A stretch of 64,000 bases of DNA. Origin: the human T2T-CHM13v2.0 reference genome, Homo sapiens. This document shows, piece by piece, positions 1 to 15,772 of this stretch; positions within the stretch are counted from its first letter, which is position 1, and every line of letters starts with the position of its first letter. The translations under genes were made by a program, and so were the position numbers. The notes beneath the pieces are model-generated. The model searched no databases. It was not told the origin of the DNA and worked only from the letters and a program-made list of their open reading frames with translations. The DNA is taken from assembly GCF_009914755.1 (NCBI RefSeq), contig NC_060927.1; one strand, written 5' to 3'.

Positions 1-134
1 CAAGTATGACTAAGTGCAGCAGTTAAGGAGAGTGGCTTGAGCATGAGGCAGGGCCCAGATCTATCAGGGGTCCCTATATTCCATGTAAAGGATTTCTAAC
101 TTTATTCTAACAACAAGAGAAGGAGTTTATCCCA

Positions 135-730
<596 letters not shown>

Positions 731-2749
731 AATCAATCAGTCAATACATACATAAATAATGAAAACAGGGGAAGACTTTTAGGGAGAACAACTATTATAA
801 GATTCTCACATAAAGCCTAAATAAAGCAATTGAAGAACATTACAGACTGTTTTTTTTCCTTTTTCTTTATATTTTCTTATTTTTCATGTATCTGCTGAGA
901 CAATGTTCCAGGTTTCTACAGGAGGATCTTATGATCCATTAATTGGATTGAATTATTGTAGGTATCTATATCTGAACCAGTCAAAGCCTGGCTGATTCTC
1001 TTATGTGGTAAAATGTCAAAGTATCTTCATACTGCACCTCTCCATTAGTAAGCCATGTTTTTAGCACCTTGTGGTAAAATATTTTTCAGTGTTACTAAAG
1101 AAAATAAACTAGTATTTTTCAAATGTCTCCTATGTAATGGGAGGGAAGTAACATTCATTGGTTGTTTACCAAGTGCTAGGACTAGGCTAAGCCTGTCACC
1201 TCTCTTCTTCCTCTAAAGCAGGTGTTTTGTTTTTCATAAAGATTAGAAAACCAGGTCTCAGAAGTTCTAAAATGCCCTAGTAGGTTAAGACTACAATTAG
1301 TAATTGGTAAACATGCTGTTAGAACTAATCTTTCTGACTCCCAAGACTGCAACTTTTCTCTCTGCAACATGGAGGAGCTAGGTCATTTATATGTCTCATT
1401 TTTAAGCTATATAACAACCATGTGAGGTAGACATTATTATTCACATATTTTATATGTGTAGAATCTCTATCTAGGGTGTCTCAGTTAGTAATTCCTGGGA
1501 GCTGCAGTTTAGATCCAGATTTACCTGACTCTGGAAACTCTTTTCTTTTCACTGCACTCTGATACTGTCTACAAAAATTACCAAAGTCTAACATCTTTCC
1601 TCCTTTTATAGACTTTCACGAAGATAGAGAATAACTGGTCAGCATCCTCTTCAAAGTGGCTTTCTGTATAATTTAAAGTAATCTTCAAGGTGGTATTGAT
1701 AGCAAGCTTCATAAAGCATGGACTGTAGTAATTCTGCCAAAGACTGAAACAATAAATAGTAAGGTAACATATAATCTATAGCTTTAATGTAGGTGATTTC
1801 CTACAAATAGAAAATAAATAATGCCTATTGCATATTTCCAGTTATATGATCTCTTCTTAACAATCATTGGAGAATAGAATATTTATAACAGACTAGGCAA
1901 CTTTATGTTTCACCCATCTGAGAGCTAGAGCTTTGCCTGGATATAGTGCTATAATATTTCAATATGACTCCTTAACCTTGTCTAGTTGGGGGCTTGGTTT
2001 GGGGGTGGGCAACGTGGTATATTTCAATTAAATTAACTTTGGAAATCATACAGTGCTAGATTTGAACTCTACTGCTGAAACCAGCTGGCAGTACAACTTT
2101 AACCCTCTGATTCGCTGAGACATTTTTTATTAAATGGAAATAATATTTATCTCAGAGTTGTTGTCTCGATATTTATAAGGTGCCTAGCAGAGTATTAGAT
2201 AGAAATTCATTAAATTGGAAAGTTCCAACATAGTCATCATCATAGTTGCTGCCCTTGCTGTTTTTATTCTATTTTGTTGTTAATCTTTCTATTTCCAAGG
2301 ACCCCTAAGGGTTGGCACAGCAGGGAGAAAGGGGTCCTACTGGAATCTTTGGAAGTGTTGACAATAGAATTTCCTTTAAAAAACCTCTCAAATGTTAGCT
2401 GAGGTTAGATCATTTCAAAAGAACCTTCTGGCATTTGTTGACAATAGAGCCATTCTAGATCTCTTTTAATCTAGTTGAGTCCCCGGAGAACAGTTAAATA
2501 GTTATAGTGCAGGCCTTGCGCATGAAGCAAATAAAGTCAATGGATACTTTATTGCACTGAGTTGGGAAATTACAAGTAAAAGGAAAAAAATTATATCAAA
2601 TGTGGCCCAATGAATCTAGTTTCCTGGTAATTGAAAGCACTTGTTAGTGATTCCAACAAAGTTAAGGGAAAACATTCTATTGTTAAAAAGAGACACCTCT
2701 CTATGGTGAATCTAGGCCATTGCCATGACAATATCAAGTCTTGTCATTT

Positions 2750-2900
2750 CTTTATTTTACTTTTTGTTCTCTCTGAAATATGCTGTTTTCATAGTCCACA
2801 AGATAATATTAATAATAGTGCGATTTGGCTTTGTATTGGAGACATTTTTCAAAGCATTTATTTATCCGTTGGGGATAAGGAAGTTACAATACAATACTTG
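2750..2900 (+). repeat. Dispersed direct repeat, copy 1 (partner at about 3781-3930, offset 1030 bp)
   Basis: 2840-2896 matches 3870-3926 with 3 mismatches in 57 nt; upstream flanks align at roughly 75%. Confidence 0.9.
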
Positions 2901-3780
2901 ATATTTCGTGTGTATTTCACCTGGTAACTTAAGTACGTTTCTAAATTTTCAATTTTGGAAACTCCTATGGTTGTTCTTTGGTTTAATTTTTTTTTTATGA
3001 TGACAGAAAAGACTGTAATGTGATTTGAAGCCCTTGTAACGAGTACAGGTAATAATGTATCCAGGATCTCTTTTCTTCTCCTCAATGCCAAGTTACCTTA
3101 CTTGGTTCAGCCTGACAGTTTCTTTCATCTGCACTCCCTGCGTAGTTCCTACGTTTAACCTGCCTGAAACACAGCTCCTCTTGGTCCCTCATGTGGGCAA
3201 AAGTCAGCCCCATTCTCTGGAGTAATGAGTTTGATCTTGACATTCAGCATGCTTCATGATTTGTCCTCAACTTGACTTTCTAATTTCTGAATGAACATGT
3301 TTCCCATTACTTTCCAGGCCCAGTCAAATTAATCTTAATGATGTTGAATTACATTGAACACAAATTTATCTTTTCAAACTCTGTTCTACACAGTTAATAA
3401 TAAAGGAACAAGGAATTGGGGGAAATGCAAAGAGAGAAAAAGTGGGAGAAAGAGACAATAGAATGTACATATATTTCTATCTTACGTTCTGCTGGTGATG
3501 CTTCTTGCCAAAGTGAGGCTGAGATGAGATGTGAGATTCCCTTCTCCAAGTTGCCATCTGCCTCTTTTGTGTGAATATCTTGCAATTCTCAGTGTGATTC
3601 TTGAGTTTAAATAAAAAAATATATATATACCATGTTGTCCCTAAATACAGGTCAAAAGTCATCCACATATAGTGCTGAGTTTAAAAACAGTGACCTATTT
3701 CAATGCTAGGAAAAAACAAAACGTAAACACAAAACACAGAAGTCTGTCTATGTTGGGTTTGATGAAAAGAGGGTAAAATG

Positions 3781-3930
3781 TTTTATTTTTGTTTTCGGTT
3801 CTGCCTCAAATACGGTTTTCCTAGTCTACAAAATTATATTAACAGTGGAGCAATTTAACTTTGCATTGTAGACATTTTTCAAAGCATTTATTTATCCTTT
3901 GGGGGTGAGGAAGTTACAATACAATATTTT
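3781..3930 (+). repeat. Dispersed direct repeat, copy 2
   Basis: agacatttttcaaagcatttatttatcc...aggaagttacaatacaata shared with 2840-2896. Confidence 0.9.
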
Positions 3931-4333
3931 ATCCATACCCAACATGGCAACTCCATAATGAATTTGGGTAATTTTATTACATGATATTTTCAGCTTGTTC
4001 TTTGAACCTTAGCTCTCAATTATACTACTTTCTCTACTGGCAGCCTATCAATGTTTGGAAAGCCTCTTCATTTCTTGGTTATTTCAGTTTCCAAAAAGTG
4101 AATTTATACAGGTAGAAAAAAGTACATTTTCACGTTTTAATTAACTGAGAATCCAGGAAACTAAATTCATCAAATAATGTTGTCAATTTCATATAAGTAA
4201 AGTCTTTTTATAAGTCATCCACAAAATTTTAAACATCAGGACCTAAATTCTGGGATTCTGATTAAAAACTTATGCCCATTTCATTCATGATAATACTTTT
4301 CTAATTACAATTTTCCTCTTTGTTAAAAAATAA

Positions 4334-4697
<364 letters not shown>

Positions 4698-5408
4698 TCA
4701 AAGTCCATTTCTTTCAGAGATTTTATTGTAAGCATTATCTTATTGACTATGTTCACATAACTTTTAAGAGCTAAAAGAATACCACGTTTAATATGTTGCA
4801 CTCTAACAATTTTAACTAAAAATATTCATGCTTAGTTACAGTGTGTAGAAACCCAAAATATTAAGGATATATGTACTTTGTGGGATGATCCTCTGATTTA
4901 ATATATGTGGTCTCTTGAATCTCCCTATATTGAACCTTCATTTTCTAATATTTATTGTGCAGTTCTCTCTCTGTGGTGTGTGTATGTGTGTGTATGAGTA
5001 CAGAAATGGTATATAATAAAAAGCAGTTTCTAGCATAAACAACAAAATGAATAAACTACACAAAATTACAGAAAAAACACTAATCTACAGAAGAAAAAAA
5101 TGCTGGACCTCTAAAAGTGAACTATTTATTATTCTTGAGAAAAGCTTATCAAATGAGACTTGCAATATATATAAGTTGCTTTTCCAGATTTTATTTTAAA
5201 AATACAAAGGCAAATTACTAGTGCTGTATTTGTAAGATTAAACTGCCCACTCCCCAATCAGATTTTTGGATTATTTACATGAAACGAAAAACACAAACCA
5301 CCCTTGAAAATACGAAAATCTTAATTATAGTTACGGTGTACAGTGGATAAGTGAAGTTAGAATATCTTTCTACTGATGGAAAAATGTCACTTGGCTTTGA
5401 GATGAGTC

Positions 5409-5671
5409 TTTTTTTTATTTTTATTTTTTGAGACAGAGTTTTGCTCTTGTTGCCCAGGCTAGAGTGCAATGGCACAATCTCAGCTCACTGCAACCTCCTC
5501 CTCCTGGATTCAAGGTACATACCACCACACCCGGCTAATTTTTGTAATTTTAGTAGAGACAGGGGTTTCACCATGTTGACCAGGCTGGTCTCGAACTCCT
5601 GACCTCAGGCAATCCACCTGCCTGGGCCTCCCAAAGTGCTGGGATTACAGGCGTGAGCCATTGCACCTAGC
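5409..5671 (-). mobile_element. AluSq/Sp-like with internal deletion
   Basis: gagttttgctcttgttgcccagg; the segment gattctcctgcctcagcctcccgagtagctggg is missing near 5514. Confidence 0.92.
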
Positions 5672-5851
5672 ATCTTTTTAACACAGGGAGAGAATCCATT
5701 GAAACTTTTTTTTCTCTGTAACCCCTAACAACGTTCGGACTATTTCAGCCTTTAACCATTTGGCCCTACTGAGTGTCATTAGATTGGCCTCAGGATCCGT
5801 AAGTACTATTATTTTTCTCTTGAGCTTACCTCTACATTTATTTAAGCATGA

Positions 5852-6219
<368 letters not shown>

Positions 6220-6822
6220 TCTTTTTTTGTTTTAACCTCTCATTTCGAGGCTTCTGTTTGATCTGTGTTTTAGTTAGTCTGAGTTTATATGTGGCTGTGT
6301 CTAGCCATTTACGTAGGTCAATTGGACTCAAAACCCATCTTTCACTTGAACCTGCCTTTCTTTACCTATCCTATGTGCAAGTTCTCTTGCTATTTATTTT
6401 GACACCCCACAAATTTATCGAGGTTAATAGACTACTAATTCCAAAGCATTTCTAAATCAGATTGAGTCTATTCTCTCAGATCTGTGAATACCTATTAGGG
6501 ATGGTATTTGAGATAAAAATATGAATAAACCGTACCCTTCACATTTTCTTAAATAATAAAAAAAAACTGAACAGAAGTGCAAGACTATAAAATCTCTGAC
6601 TGCATTAGGAGATCATTATTGCAGTGTTCAAGTGTATGGTTATGACTACAAAGCAAGAAAATAAGTTTTCTTCTCTGGTTAACTTACAGCCACATCTCAA
6701 GCATTATAAAGAAGTGAAGAGGGAAATGATAACGTAAAATTGGATGGTGAATTAAACTTTCATTGTGTGTTGAGCTCATCCTAAGACTAAAGCACAGAAA
6801 CATGTCCATAAAAATTGTGATT

Positions 6823-7110
6823 GTTTTTTTGAGATGGAGTCTCACTCTGTTGCCCAGGTTGGAGTGCAGTGGCAAGATCTCGGCTCCCTGCAACCTCCGC
6901 CTCCCAGGTTCAAGTGATTCTCCTGCCTCAGCTCCCGAGTAGCTGGGATTACAGGCACCTGCCACCATGCCCGGCTATTTTTTTCTATTTTTAGTAGAGA
7001 CACAGTTTAACCATGTTGGCCAGGCTGGTCTCGAACTCCTGACCTCGTGATCTGCTCACCTCAACCTCCCAAAGTGCTGGGATTACAGGCGTGAGCCACC
7101 ACACCTGGCC
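6823..7110 (-). mobile_element. AluS (Sg/Sx-like)
   Basis: Full Alu; TSD aaaattgtgatt at 6811-6822 and 7113-7124. Confidence 0.95.
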
Positions 7111-9099
7111 CCAAAATTGTGATTTTTATTGGTTATAAGACCTAGGCATTGTCCCTGTTTTTGAGTTTTGGAAAGCTAACATTTTAAACTCCTGTTCACA
7201 AAACAGGTGAGAGTAGGACTTTCCCCTCTCACTGTGCTAATCATATTACTATCGTTGGTCTTGTATCAATTTTTAAAACATCATAGCCATTATTATTTTG
7301 CAGTCTGTATTATTTCTTCTAAGTATTAAATGACAGATATTGATATGAAGAGCAAGAGGCTCTCCAAGGAAGCCTCATCTGTACAAAGATTAGCAAGAGG
7401 TTGCAGCAATTATGAAAGTTGCCAGAAATCACAAATGTTCCTAATTTTAGGGAGAATAGGATGCCCCCCATCACACATAATGGCTTTATCATCAGGATTT
7501 GAGCCCATGCAGCAGAATATCCAGGTTCTCTTAGAAACCAGATGCTTCCTTCCTCCTGCTTGGAAATTGGAAATATATTTACATCTTCAAGAATGCGCGA
7601 GGTTCTTCTCTGAAGCAGAGCCCTGCATTGCATCTAATTGTAGAAATTACAAAACTTGTCAGAAAGTTAAAAAAAATAAAAGAAATAGTAACAGTTGCAT
7701 TGATTTAGAACCAGCTGCCTTTCTTTTATCCACCCTGATAGAGTAGTGCTTTAATTATTTCTCCTAACTAAAATGATACTTCCCTCTTGAGAATGTCTGG
7801 GCCTGTTTATACTGTCACCATCGTTTTGATACACAATTGTCCATATTGATACTCTGTTTTTACCATTAATTTTCCAAAGAGCCTCTGAACTCATTGATAG
7901 TGCCGGAACACAGCCTTGCCAACACAGTGCCCAGCCCTGGTAAACTGAGTCCCGACACCACTTTTAGTTCCAAAATTTGGGGAAAAAATATTATTTTGCT
8001 TTCACATTCTCTCTGCTCTCTTTAATACACACAACTGAATTCACAGCCTGAGGCCAGCAGAGAGCTTAGTTATCCACATCTAAAGGCCCCATGTCACAAA
8101 ATTTATCTCTGATATTTAATATCTTTGAAAGCACTTAATACAAGCCCAGTGTTAGCTATTCTGTAGTATGCCTGAATCCATTAAAATGAAAAAAACCTCA
8201 GTAATGATATTATGTTGAAGAGAAATGTTTTATAACTGTCATACTTTGGTTTTCCTGAAATCATAAAATGGTCATGAAAATGATTTACAAAAAAACTGGG
8301 TTAGAGTGTACCAGAGTACCATAGTCAAGTATAATGACATCCAAAAGAATGAAATGAGCATGGATAGAGGAGGGAGAGGTGACAGAGTAATGAATTGCCC
8401 CCTACTGATTTTGTTCCTGTTTGATCTGACAACATTGGAATGACAGCTGCTGAATGAGACAATTTGATTCAAATGATTTGCATATTTTTCACCAGAAAAA
8501 GTGGTTTGTAGTTTATGGAATGAGTCCCTTATTCTAAATATGGTGCTAATTTCAAGTACAGGTATCCTCTGATATTTTGTGTAAGTGAATGTGTTACTTA
8601 TTGTTAACCAGTATTGATGAATTTTTATTATAGATCCAAAAAATGATATAATTTTAGAGATTTATCCCAATTTCTATCAACCAGAAGGTGAATATATACC
8701 AGTTTTCCAAATTACATGGTGCATCCCCCCACCTCCCTCTTTTGGTGGAAGATTAGGCATGCAGTTTTTAAGACCCAATCAATCTATTGATAGTGTTAAG
8801 TTTCACTATCCTCCACCTGAAAAGCGTGATTTAAAAGCACCAAACTAAGTATAGCAAAGTTCTTGCATTGCTTGGCAATTTCATAATTTCAGGTTTATAT
8901 CGAGTGAGAATTACAATGTGAAGGTCTTTACTTGTTTTGGGCTATAATTTGAGATGGAAGTGGGAGAATGTGTAGAATGGTTGCTGATCATATATCCCAG
9001 ATGCTGCATTTGTGGGAGAATGGATTGATACCCAGAGGTTCCTTCTAACATAGTTCATCAAGCCAGCCAGAAATTTAAGTTAACCTTGATATCCCCTGA

Positions 9100-9612
9100 G
9101 GTTAGGTTCCCACTGCACTTGGAGTAAAGACTAGCATTCTTTTTGTGGCTCATACATGCCACTGTGCCATTCAACTCTTTCTTTTGTAGCACTTATTCAA
9201 GGTACTTACTGCCTTTTTAAAGTTTGCTCATCTGTCACCTTTCAATACAATTTACCTTTAACACCCTATTTAAAATTACAAACCCCAACCCCAATGCTCT
9301 GGCTAACTTTTGCCCTTCACTTTTTCCTTTTTTCCTCTAGCATTTATCCTTGCATCTGTCTCAGCATCTTGGAATATGATCTCAAAGAGCACCCGATTTT
9401 GTCCGTATCGTTCAAAGATGTAACTCAAATGTTTATAATAGTGCTTTGTACATAGTAGGTTCTCAGTATAACATTTGTTGAATGAGTGGTTGTTTTTGTA
9501 TTTCTTTTATTATTTAATTTTTGTTCCTCCGCTAGATTCGTGTTCAGGATTATATCCCCAGTGCCTTTCACTTATTTTTCATGTAACATATATTTTTGAA
9601 TGAATGAATGAA
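9100..9612 (+). mobile_element. L2 3'-end remnant(s)
   Basis: catagtaggttctcagtataacatttgttgaatgag and (tgaa)n tail resemble the L2 3' terminus; boundaries approximate. Confidence 0.6.
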
Positions 9613-10652
9613 TCAAGAAAAAGGTTCTGGAATAATTTTAATATTTACCTGTCTGTTAAAATATTCTCACTAGACCTGTTAGAAACTCAAAGCTAAATTG
9701 AAGCTGATGTGATTTCTATTCACTAATTTCCTCTGGCAGGCAGTGATTGGGAAACATGGTAAATAATCAGCGCATGTAGTTGTGCTGTTTAAAATACAGC
9801 AGTTGGCCAAGTTCTGTAAGTATACAAATATATTTTCAGTAGATGAGTTAAAACCAGCATCTGATTACTTTGTGCTGTTTGGCTTAAATAGAAACAATTT
9901 CATCTCATTTAAATAAACAATCATCATATTTTTCATATAAATGATGATATAAGCTCTGGTAATAAGGGCTTATGTTATTGCTTAGAATAGGAAAGTTGCA
10001 TAAATGTGATCACTCTCAAAATAATCTTTTGTTACATCCTGGGGAGGGGGTAATGACAAGCACTTGCAGTAGCTCTATTTATTTATTTATTCATTTTTAT
10101 TGAGGACATATGCTTCAGAGGCTTAAAACTTAAAAGATTGAAGCAGTATTATAAAGGAGACATAAATGGCTTTTAATGCTTGCTGAAAGCAGATAAACTT
10201 AAAGACTTATGAACATCGTGGCTAGGAATATGTGATAGAATGTAGAATCCAAAGGGCAATAAAATATAAATATGTTTCTAATTTGTGTATTCTTCCTTGT
10301 TTACCATAGGATGTGACACATTCAGTGCTACAAGCTGACTGTCTATGTCCATATGGGAAGTATACACATTGTTCTAAAACTATAAATCAGGGACATAGTT
10401 GAAATTTGACACCAGGTTCCAATCCCTAATGTCCTCTGAAAAATGTGAGTTTATAAAGGAAAGCAATGTTTCCAAGTAAATTCATTGTCTTTTGGGGCTG
10501 GCTAGCTGGCTTTTAGAGCCTGACAGGAATGTTTTTATTTCTTCAGCTCTAGAAAAGGAAAAGAGGAAGGAGGCAGTAGAAAAACCAATTGAGTGAGAGT
10601 CAGAAGATGTGGGATCTAGTGGTAGGTGGGCTGTAATAAATTGTTTGACTTA

Positions 10653-10935
10653 GGCCAGGTGTGGTGGCTCACACCTATAATTTCGGCACTTTGGGAGGCT
10701 GAGGTGGGCGGATCACTGGAGGCCAGTTTGAGACCAGCCTGGCCAACATGGTGAAATCCCATCTCTACTAAAAATACAAAAATTAGCCAGGCATGGTGGC
10801 GTGCACCTGTAGTCCCGTTACTTGGGAGGCTGAGGCACAAGAATCACTTGAACCTGGGAGGCTGAGGTTGCAATGAGCCAAGATCTCACCACTGCACCCC
10901 ATCCTGGGCAACACAGTAAGACTCTGTCTCAAAAA
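10653..10935 (+). mobile_element. Alu (Sx/J-like)
   Basis: ggccaggtgtggtggctcac...gactctgtctcaaaaa. Confidence 0.93.
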
Positions 10936-11272
10936 TCATAATAAAATAAGATAAATAGATTGACCTGAAAAGGGCTTTGTTTCTAATCCCCCTGGGGTTC
11001 CCAAAACTTTTTAAGGTAGGGAAGAAAACTGGGGTTAGACCAATTAATCTCAAAGTTTCATCCAGTAATTACAGATTCAGTGATGACTGTTGTTCTTTAG
11101 TTAACCTCAGAAAATCTGTGAGGTAGGCCCCACGTGGGTTAAGCACAGTTGCACTCCTTGGGCAGGAGGAGGTAGTGGCTGTTTAAAGACCTAGAGATTA
11201 ATGAAATAATTACTCTGCCTGCACCTCTTTTCTCATCCCTAAAAGGGAGGACTGCTTTTCTGTACTTCCCAG

Positions 11273-11328
11273 GAATGCCGTGAATCGAGTACGTACAACT
11301 GTGTTGTTTTTGAACGCTGAAAGCCAAG
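11273..11328 (+). other. Candidate 56-nt cassette exon
   Basis: Acceptor tgcttttctgtacttcccAG (AG 11271-11272), donor AAG|GTAATA (GT 11329-11330), four CpGs inside. Motif evidence only. Confidence 0.3.
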
Positions 11329-14300
11329 GTAATAATTAGAAAGTGTGGATGTCACACTTATTTTATAAACACTCTTTAAATGGATACATGAGTTAGTGTT
11401 TGCTTGATGTTGCGAAGCAAGCTGCAGTTTTTGTCTACTCTTCACCCCACCTAAGAATCTAGTTTTCAGCATTAGGCAAATGCTTCTGGTACAAGCATGT
11501 ATTAAAATTTAAAATCTGTTAATGGGTTTTAAGTAGGATCTTGATGTTTGGCAGAAGTATCAATAACATCGGCGCCTAAAATAAATATTAAGTTGTAATT
11601 TTAAAGCTTCTATTGTCATATTTGGACAGATAGATACTGTGCAGATACAGTATGTGGAAGCATTTTAAGGAATTTCAGTTCTAGAAAGGCTCTTTAAAGG
11701 TCAACCTAATTAAAGCAATGTTTTTGAGCCAGTACAAAGTAGATGCAATTATTGGAAATTCATTGCAACAGCACGGAATGGCATTTCACTTACAGTTTAA
11801 ACTTTTTATGGTTAATTTAGAAAGCAAAAATCATCTTTTTTGGGGGGTTCCTGATCTCTGACTTAAATGACATTTTAATCAATAATAATGATTTCTTTGT
11901 TAGGATTAGGAGAACTTTTGTTCTCCGGGATACATGGCAGGAATATTTAGCAGCTCTATTTTAGAACCCCTAAAGAAGATGGTTCTTTTGTAATGCAAGT
12001 GCTGATCTAACTCAGTAAAGGAAATGGGCTTCTCACGTAGAAGGTGATATGCATGGACATTTATTTACCATTGTCTGTCCATAGATTGTGGAATGAATTG
12101 GCTTGTGTGGAAAATACAGAATGACCTATCCCTGGATCCCAGACAGAGTTTTGGATACTACAGGTTGTCTCTGCAAGGAAGGTTACCCAGCTCCCTTAAA
12201 ATCATTCTATAGGAAGTTCCCCTCCATGCTTCTTCATGCAGTTTAACTCTAATACCTAAAAAGAAGAGTTGTTCTTTCCCCTTGATGTCACATCCTCTGT
12301 GTATATTAAGAGTTTAACTTAAAAATGTTACCCATTTCATTAGATTGCTTGAGTATGATCTGTAACTACCCCGTATACTTCACAGACTAGGTCCTCAGAA
12401 GTCCTCTGCATTTTCACATAAACTAAAAACCTCCAGTGGTGGTGTTCACTTGTCTATGTGTGAAGTAGGGACATCATGCATTCCTGATGGACCTCACTAA
12501 TGTGGCAAGGCTTGTTTGAAAAAAAGAAGAAAAAAAGGCCATGCTTCTAATGAGAAATAATTATTGGAAGCAATAAAATATTTATATTCCATTCATTAAA
12601 CACACTGACCACGAGGAAATTAAAAAGTATTGAATTCCAAAACTATCACAAATACAGAAAATATACATGAATGTTTAAATTTTCATTTAATGATGAAATG
12701 AAGATCACATTCTTCACCCTTAGCAATGCTAATCACGTGTCACTGGTTGAAATAGTGATCAAATAAATGAGAAAAAGATGAATGACTTTCCCAAAATGTT
12801 AGACCTATATTTAGATATAATTTACCATTTTGTACCATAACCTATTACTTATTTTAGCAAAGTCCCAATCCACTGATTATTGTCGCATTGTGTCATACTC
12901 TTCAAAAAAATGAAAAGTCCATCTGACAATATGATATCTTAGAAAGTCATTGTAAAAATCTGCTTCAGTCAAAAAAGGTTTTATGATTGCATATTAACTT
13001 TGAAATTAATCAACAAGTTGACAGTAGACAGTCTCTAGTGTCTCTAAATATATGGCATGTCTTTGCCATAAAATAGAAATTGCTACCTACAGATATTATC
13101 TGAGGCATTATTTTGCCTTGCGGAGGGTATCTGTTATGTTAGAGAAGTGATTTCTAAACAAACTTTGGCTTTGCCAAAGTGTCATGCTGTTTGTATTTTC
13201 TTTGGTATGTCACAAGTCATCCCAACATTTCCCTCTCATTTCTTTCTTTTTCTTTCTTCTTTTTCTCCCTAAAACTGAAGGAGATGGGTCATTTTGAAGA
13301 TAGAAAAGATATTACGGTGGCCCTATTTTCTAAGGGACTTTCAATACTCCATAATATGACAGCCTAAGCTTCTCTAGCAGAAAAGGCCGCCTGGGTGCAT
13401 CAGTTAAGTTACAGATCCTACTCTGCTTTCTCTGGCAATGGAGGAGGCAGGTGATTGCCTAAACACAAAGCTCCTGCCAATTTCTGAAAGGCACAGTGGC
13501 TGGAGCAAAAAGCAACTCATCTTCCCAGGGGCCTGCCCTATTCTGAACATCTCTAAACTAAAATGATTCTTCTTTTCTTTTTTCTTGATCAGTCTTCAGT
13601 CACTATTTTTATATCATGAAGTGTTACCGGGTTTATGTGCCTGTCCACATTTCATAAAGTTAGAGGACATATGGTAAAAATCTAAGAATAACATCATAAA
13701 TCATCCATGCCTCTGAATTGCTTGAAAATGTTAAATGCCTTGGTTTTGGTCCAGATGTTCAACTTGCCCCTTTTATACCAGCCTGACATACATCAGTTGA
13801 AAGAAGAAAAAAAAAAAGAGAAAACCCTCTGCTGTTCTCTTTCAGCTTAATGGTTGATATATTTTTCTTTCTTCTCTGACTTTGCCATTTATTGAAGCAT
13901 AGACGGGTGCCCTACCCTACATGAAAGCTATTTCCTACTGCTTGTGAAAGAAAAAAAATATGAAATAAACACTTACTATTCTGTTACAAGGTAACAATAG
14001 AGTGCTAATTGCTGAGTAAAGTCATGTAGCCCCAGGATTATGTTGAGGGACTCCACTATAAATTTGAAGACACCCATAATCCATGTATCAGGCAGAAAAT
14101 GATTTGCTGTGCTGCACTTCTCCTTTAACAGTTTCTATCGAACTATTTAATTAAATGGAATAATAATTATTATTCCCTGATCCAAATTAGAACACTTTCT
14201 TGTTTAACGTTCCTAGTAAGTGCACAATAAATATTAATGTTAATGGTGATGATGATGGTGTTGATGTGTTTTATGGTAAGAACCAAGAATTATGGGAGCA

Positions 14301-14759
14301 CAGAAGGTGGATGACTTTTCCCTTTTGGGCAGGAGCAGTCAGGAAAGAATTCACAGAGGCGGTAATATTTGAAGTGGTCTTTGAAGTATCAGTATTTCTA
14401 TATCACTAGGTGATTCTTGAGATGAAGATAAGTGTTTTTGATGCATTAAGCACAGTCCACAGTTGCAGTTGTCACTGTTTTTAGGTCTTTCTACCTTGAG
14501 GATTTCCCAGTTCTCAATTTTCATGTTCTGTTTGTTTCTGTATAATTTTGTGGAGTTGGGCACTTGTATGTTAAAAAAAAAAAAAAAAAGGTCAGGTTAA
14601 CATATAATATGCTCTGCTATTTCCACTTTTGATATTTGCTTTCTTCTCTCATGTTGGTTGTGTGCTGACCATGCACTGACTCATTATCTGTCAATGCTCA
14701 GTTCTTATACAGTGTTAAGGCACCAGCTGAATTAACACAAAAAGAAAATGACAGAGCTC

Positions 14760-15077
<318 letters not shown>

Positions 15078-15550
15078 TCATTCCAAGTTTTTAGATACCA
15101 TATCCAGTTGTTGTTGAACATGATGGCATTATTAGTGTTTTCAGTAGCTCCTCTCCCTAATAGGAAGGAAGCAAATGGGTTGCATTGAACTCTCTTTAAT
15201 ATGAGTGCTATCTTCAGCAGTGCTTCATTATACAAAGTATTAATAGAATGACTGGCCATGCCTGCAATCCTCAGTCATTTTCTCTAGCTTCCTCACCCAC
15301 ACACAGGTTGTTAAGTCACCAAGAGATGTGTTACTTCTGTGCTGTGCCCTGTGAAAGCTTTCCTCTCTAGAGATCTGGTATCTTCACAGGAAAGGTCAAA
15401 TAGGTTTCATTGTCTTTGCACAGTATCACACTAATTTAAGATTTGAGTTTCTTTTAAAAAACACAGCTGTGAGAGAGAGAGAGCTCCTCTGAAGCTGAGA
15501 CAGTAAAACTGAAGATACCCGGAATATTTATAACATATGTTTGCATAAAG

Positions 15551-15772
15551 CAAGCTTGTCCAACCTGTGACCTGTGGACCGCATGTGGCCAAGGATAGCT
15601 TTGAATGCAGCCCAGTATAAATTTGTAAACTTTCTTAAAACATGATTTTTTTGTGATTATTTTTTTTTAACCTCATCAGTTATTGTTAGTGTTAGTGTAT
15701 TTTATGTGTGGCGCCAGACAATTCCTCTTCGTCCAGTGCGACCCAGGGAAGCCAAAAGATTGGACACTCCTG
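15551..15772 (-). mobile_element. MER30 (hAT-Charlie non-autonomous DNA transposon)
   Basis: Ends caagcttgtccaa and ttggacactcctg; internal gttagtgttagtgtattttatgtgtgg and ccagggaagccaaaagattggacac match remembered MER30 consensus. Confidence 0.85.

Noticed and set aside
7330-7746. 138-aa ATG ORF in unique sequence, overlapped by a 104-aa antisense ORF
   Set aside because: No recognisable homology or domain; roughly one stop-free run of this length is expected by chance in six frames of 64 kb.
13162-13180. actttggc-ttt-gccaaagt palindrome as an NFI site
   Set aside because: NFI needs a 5-nt spacer between TTGGC and GCCAA; here it is 3.
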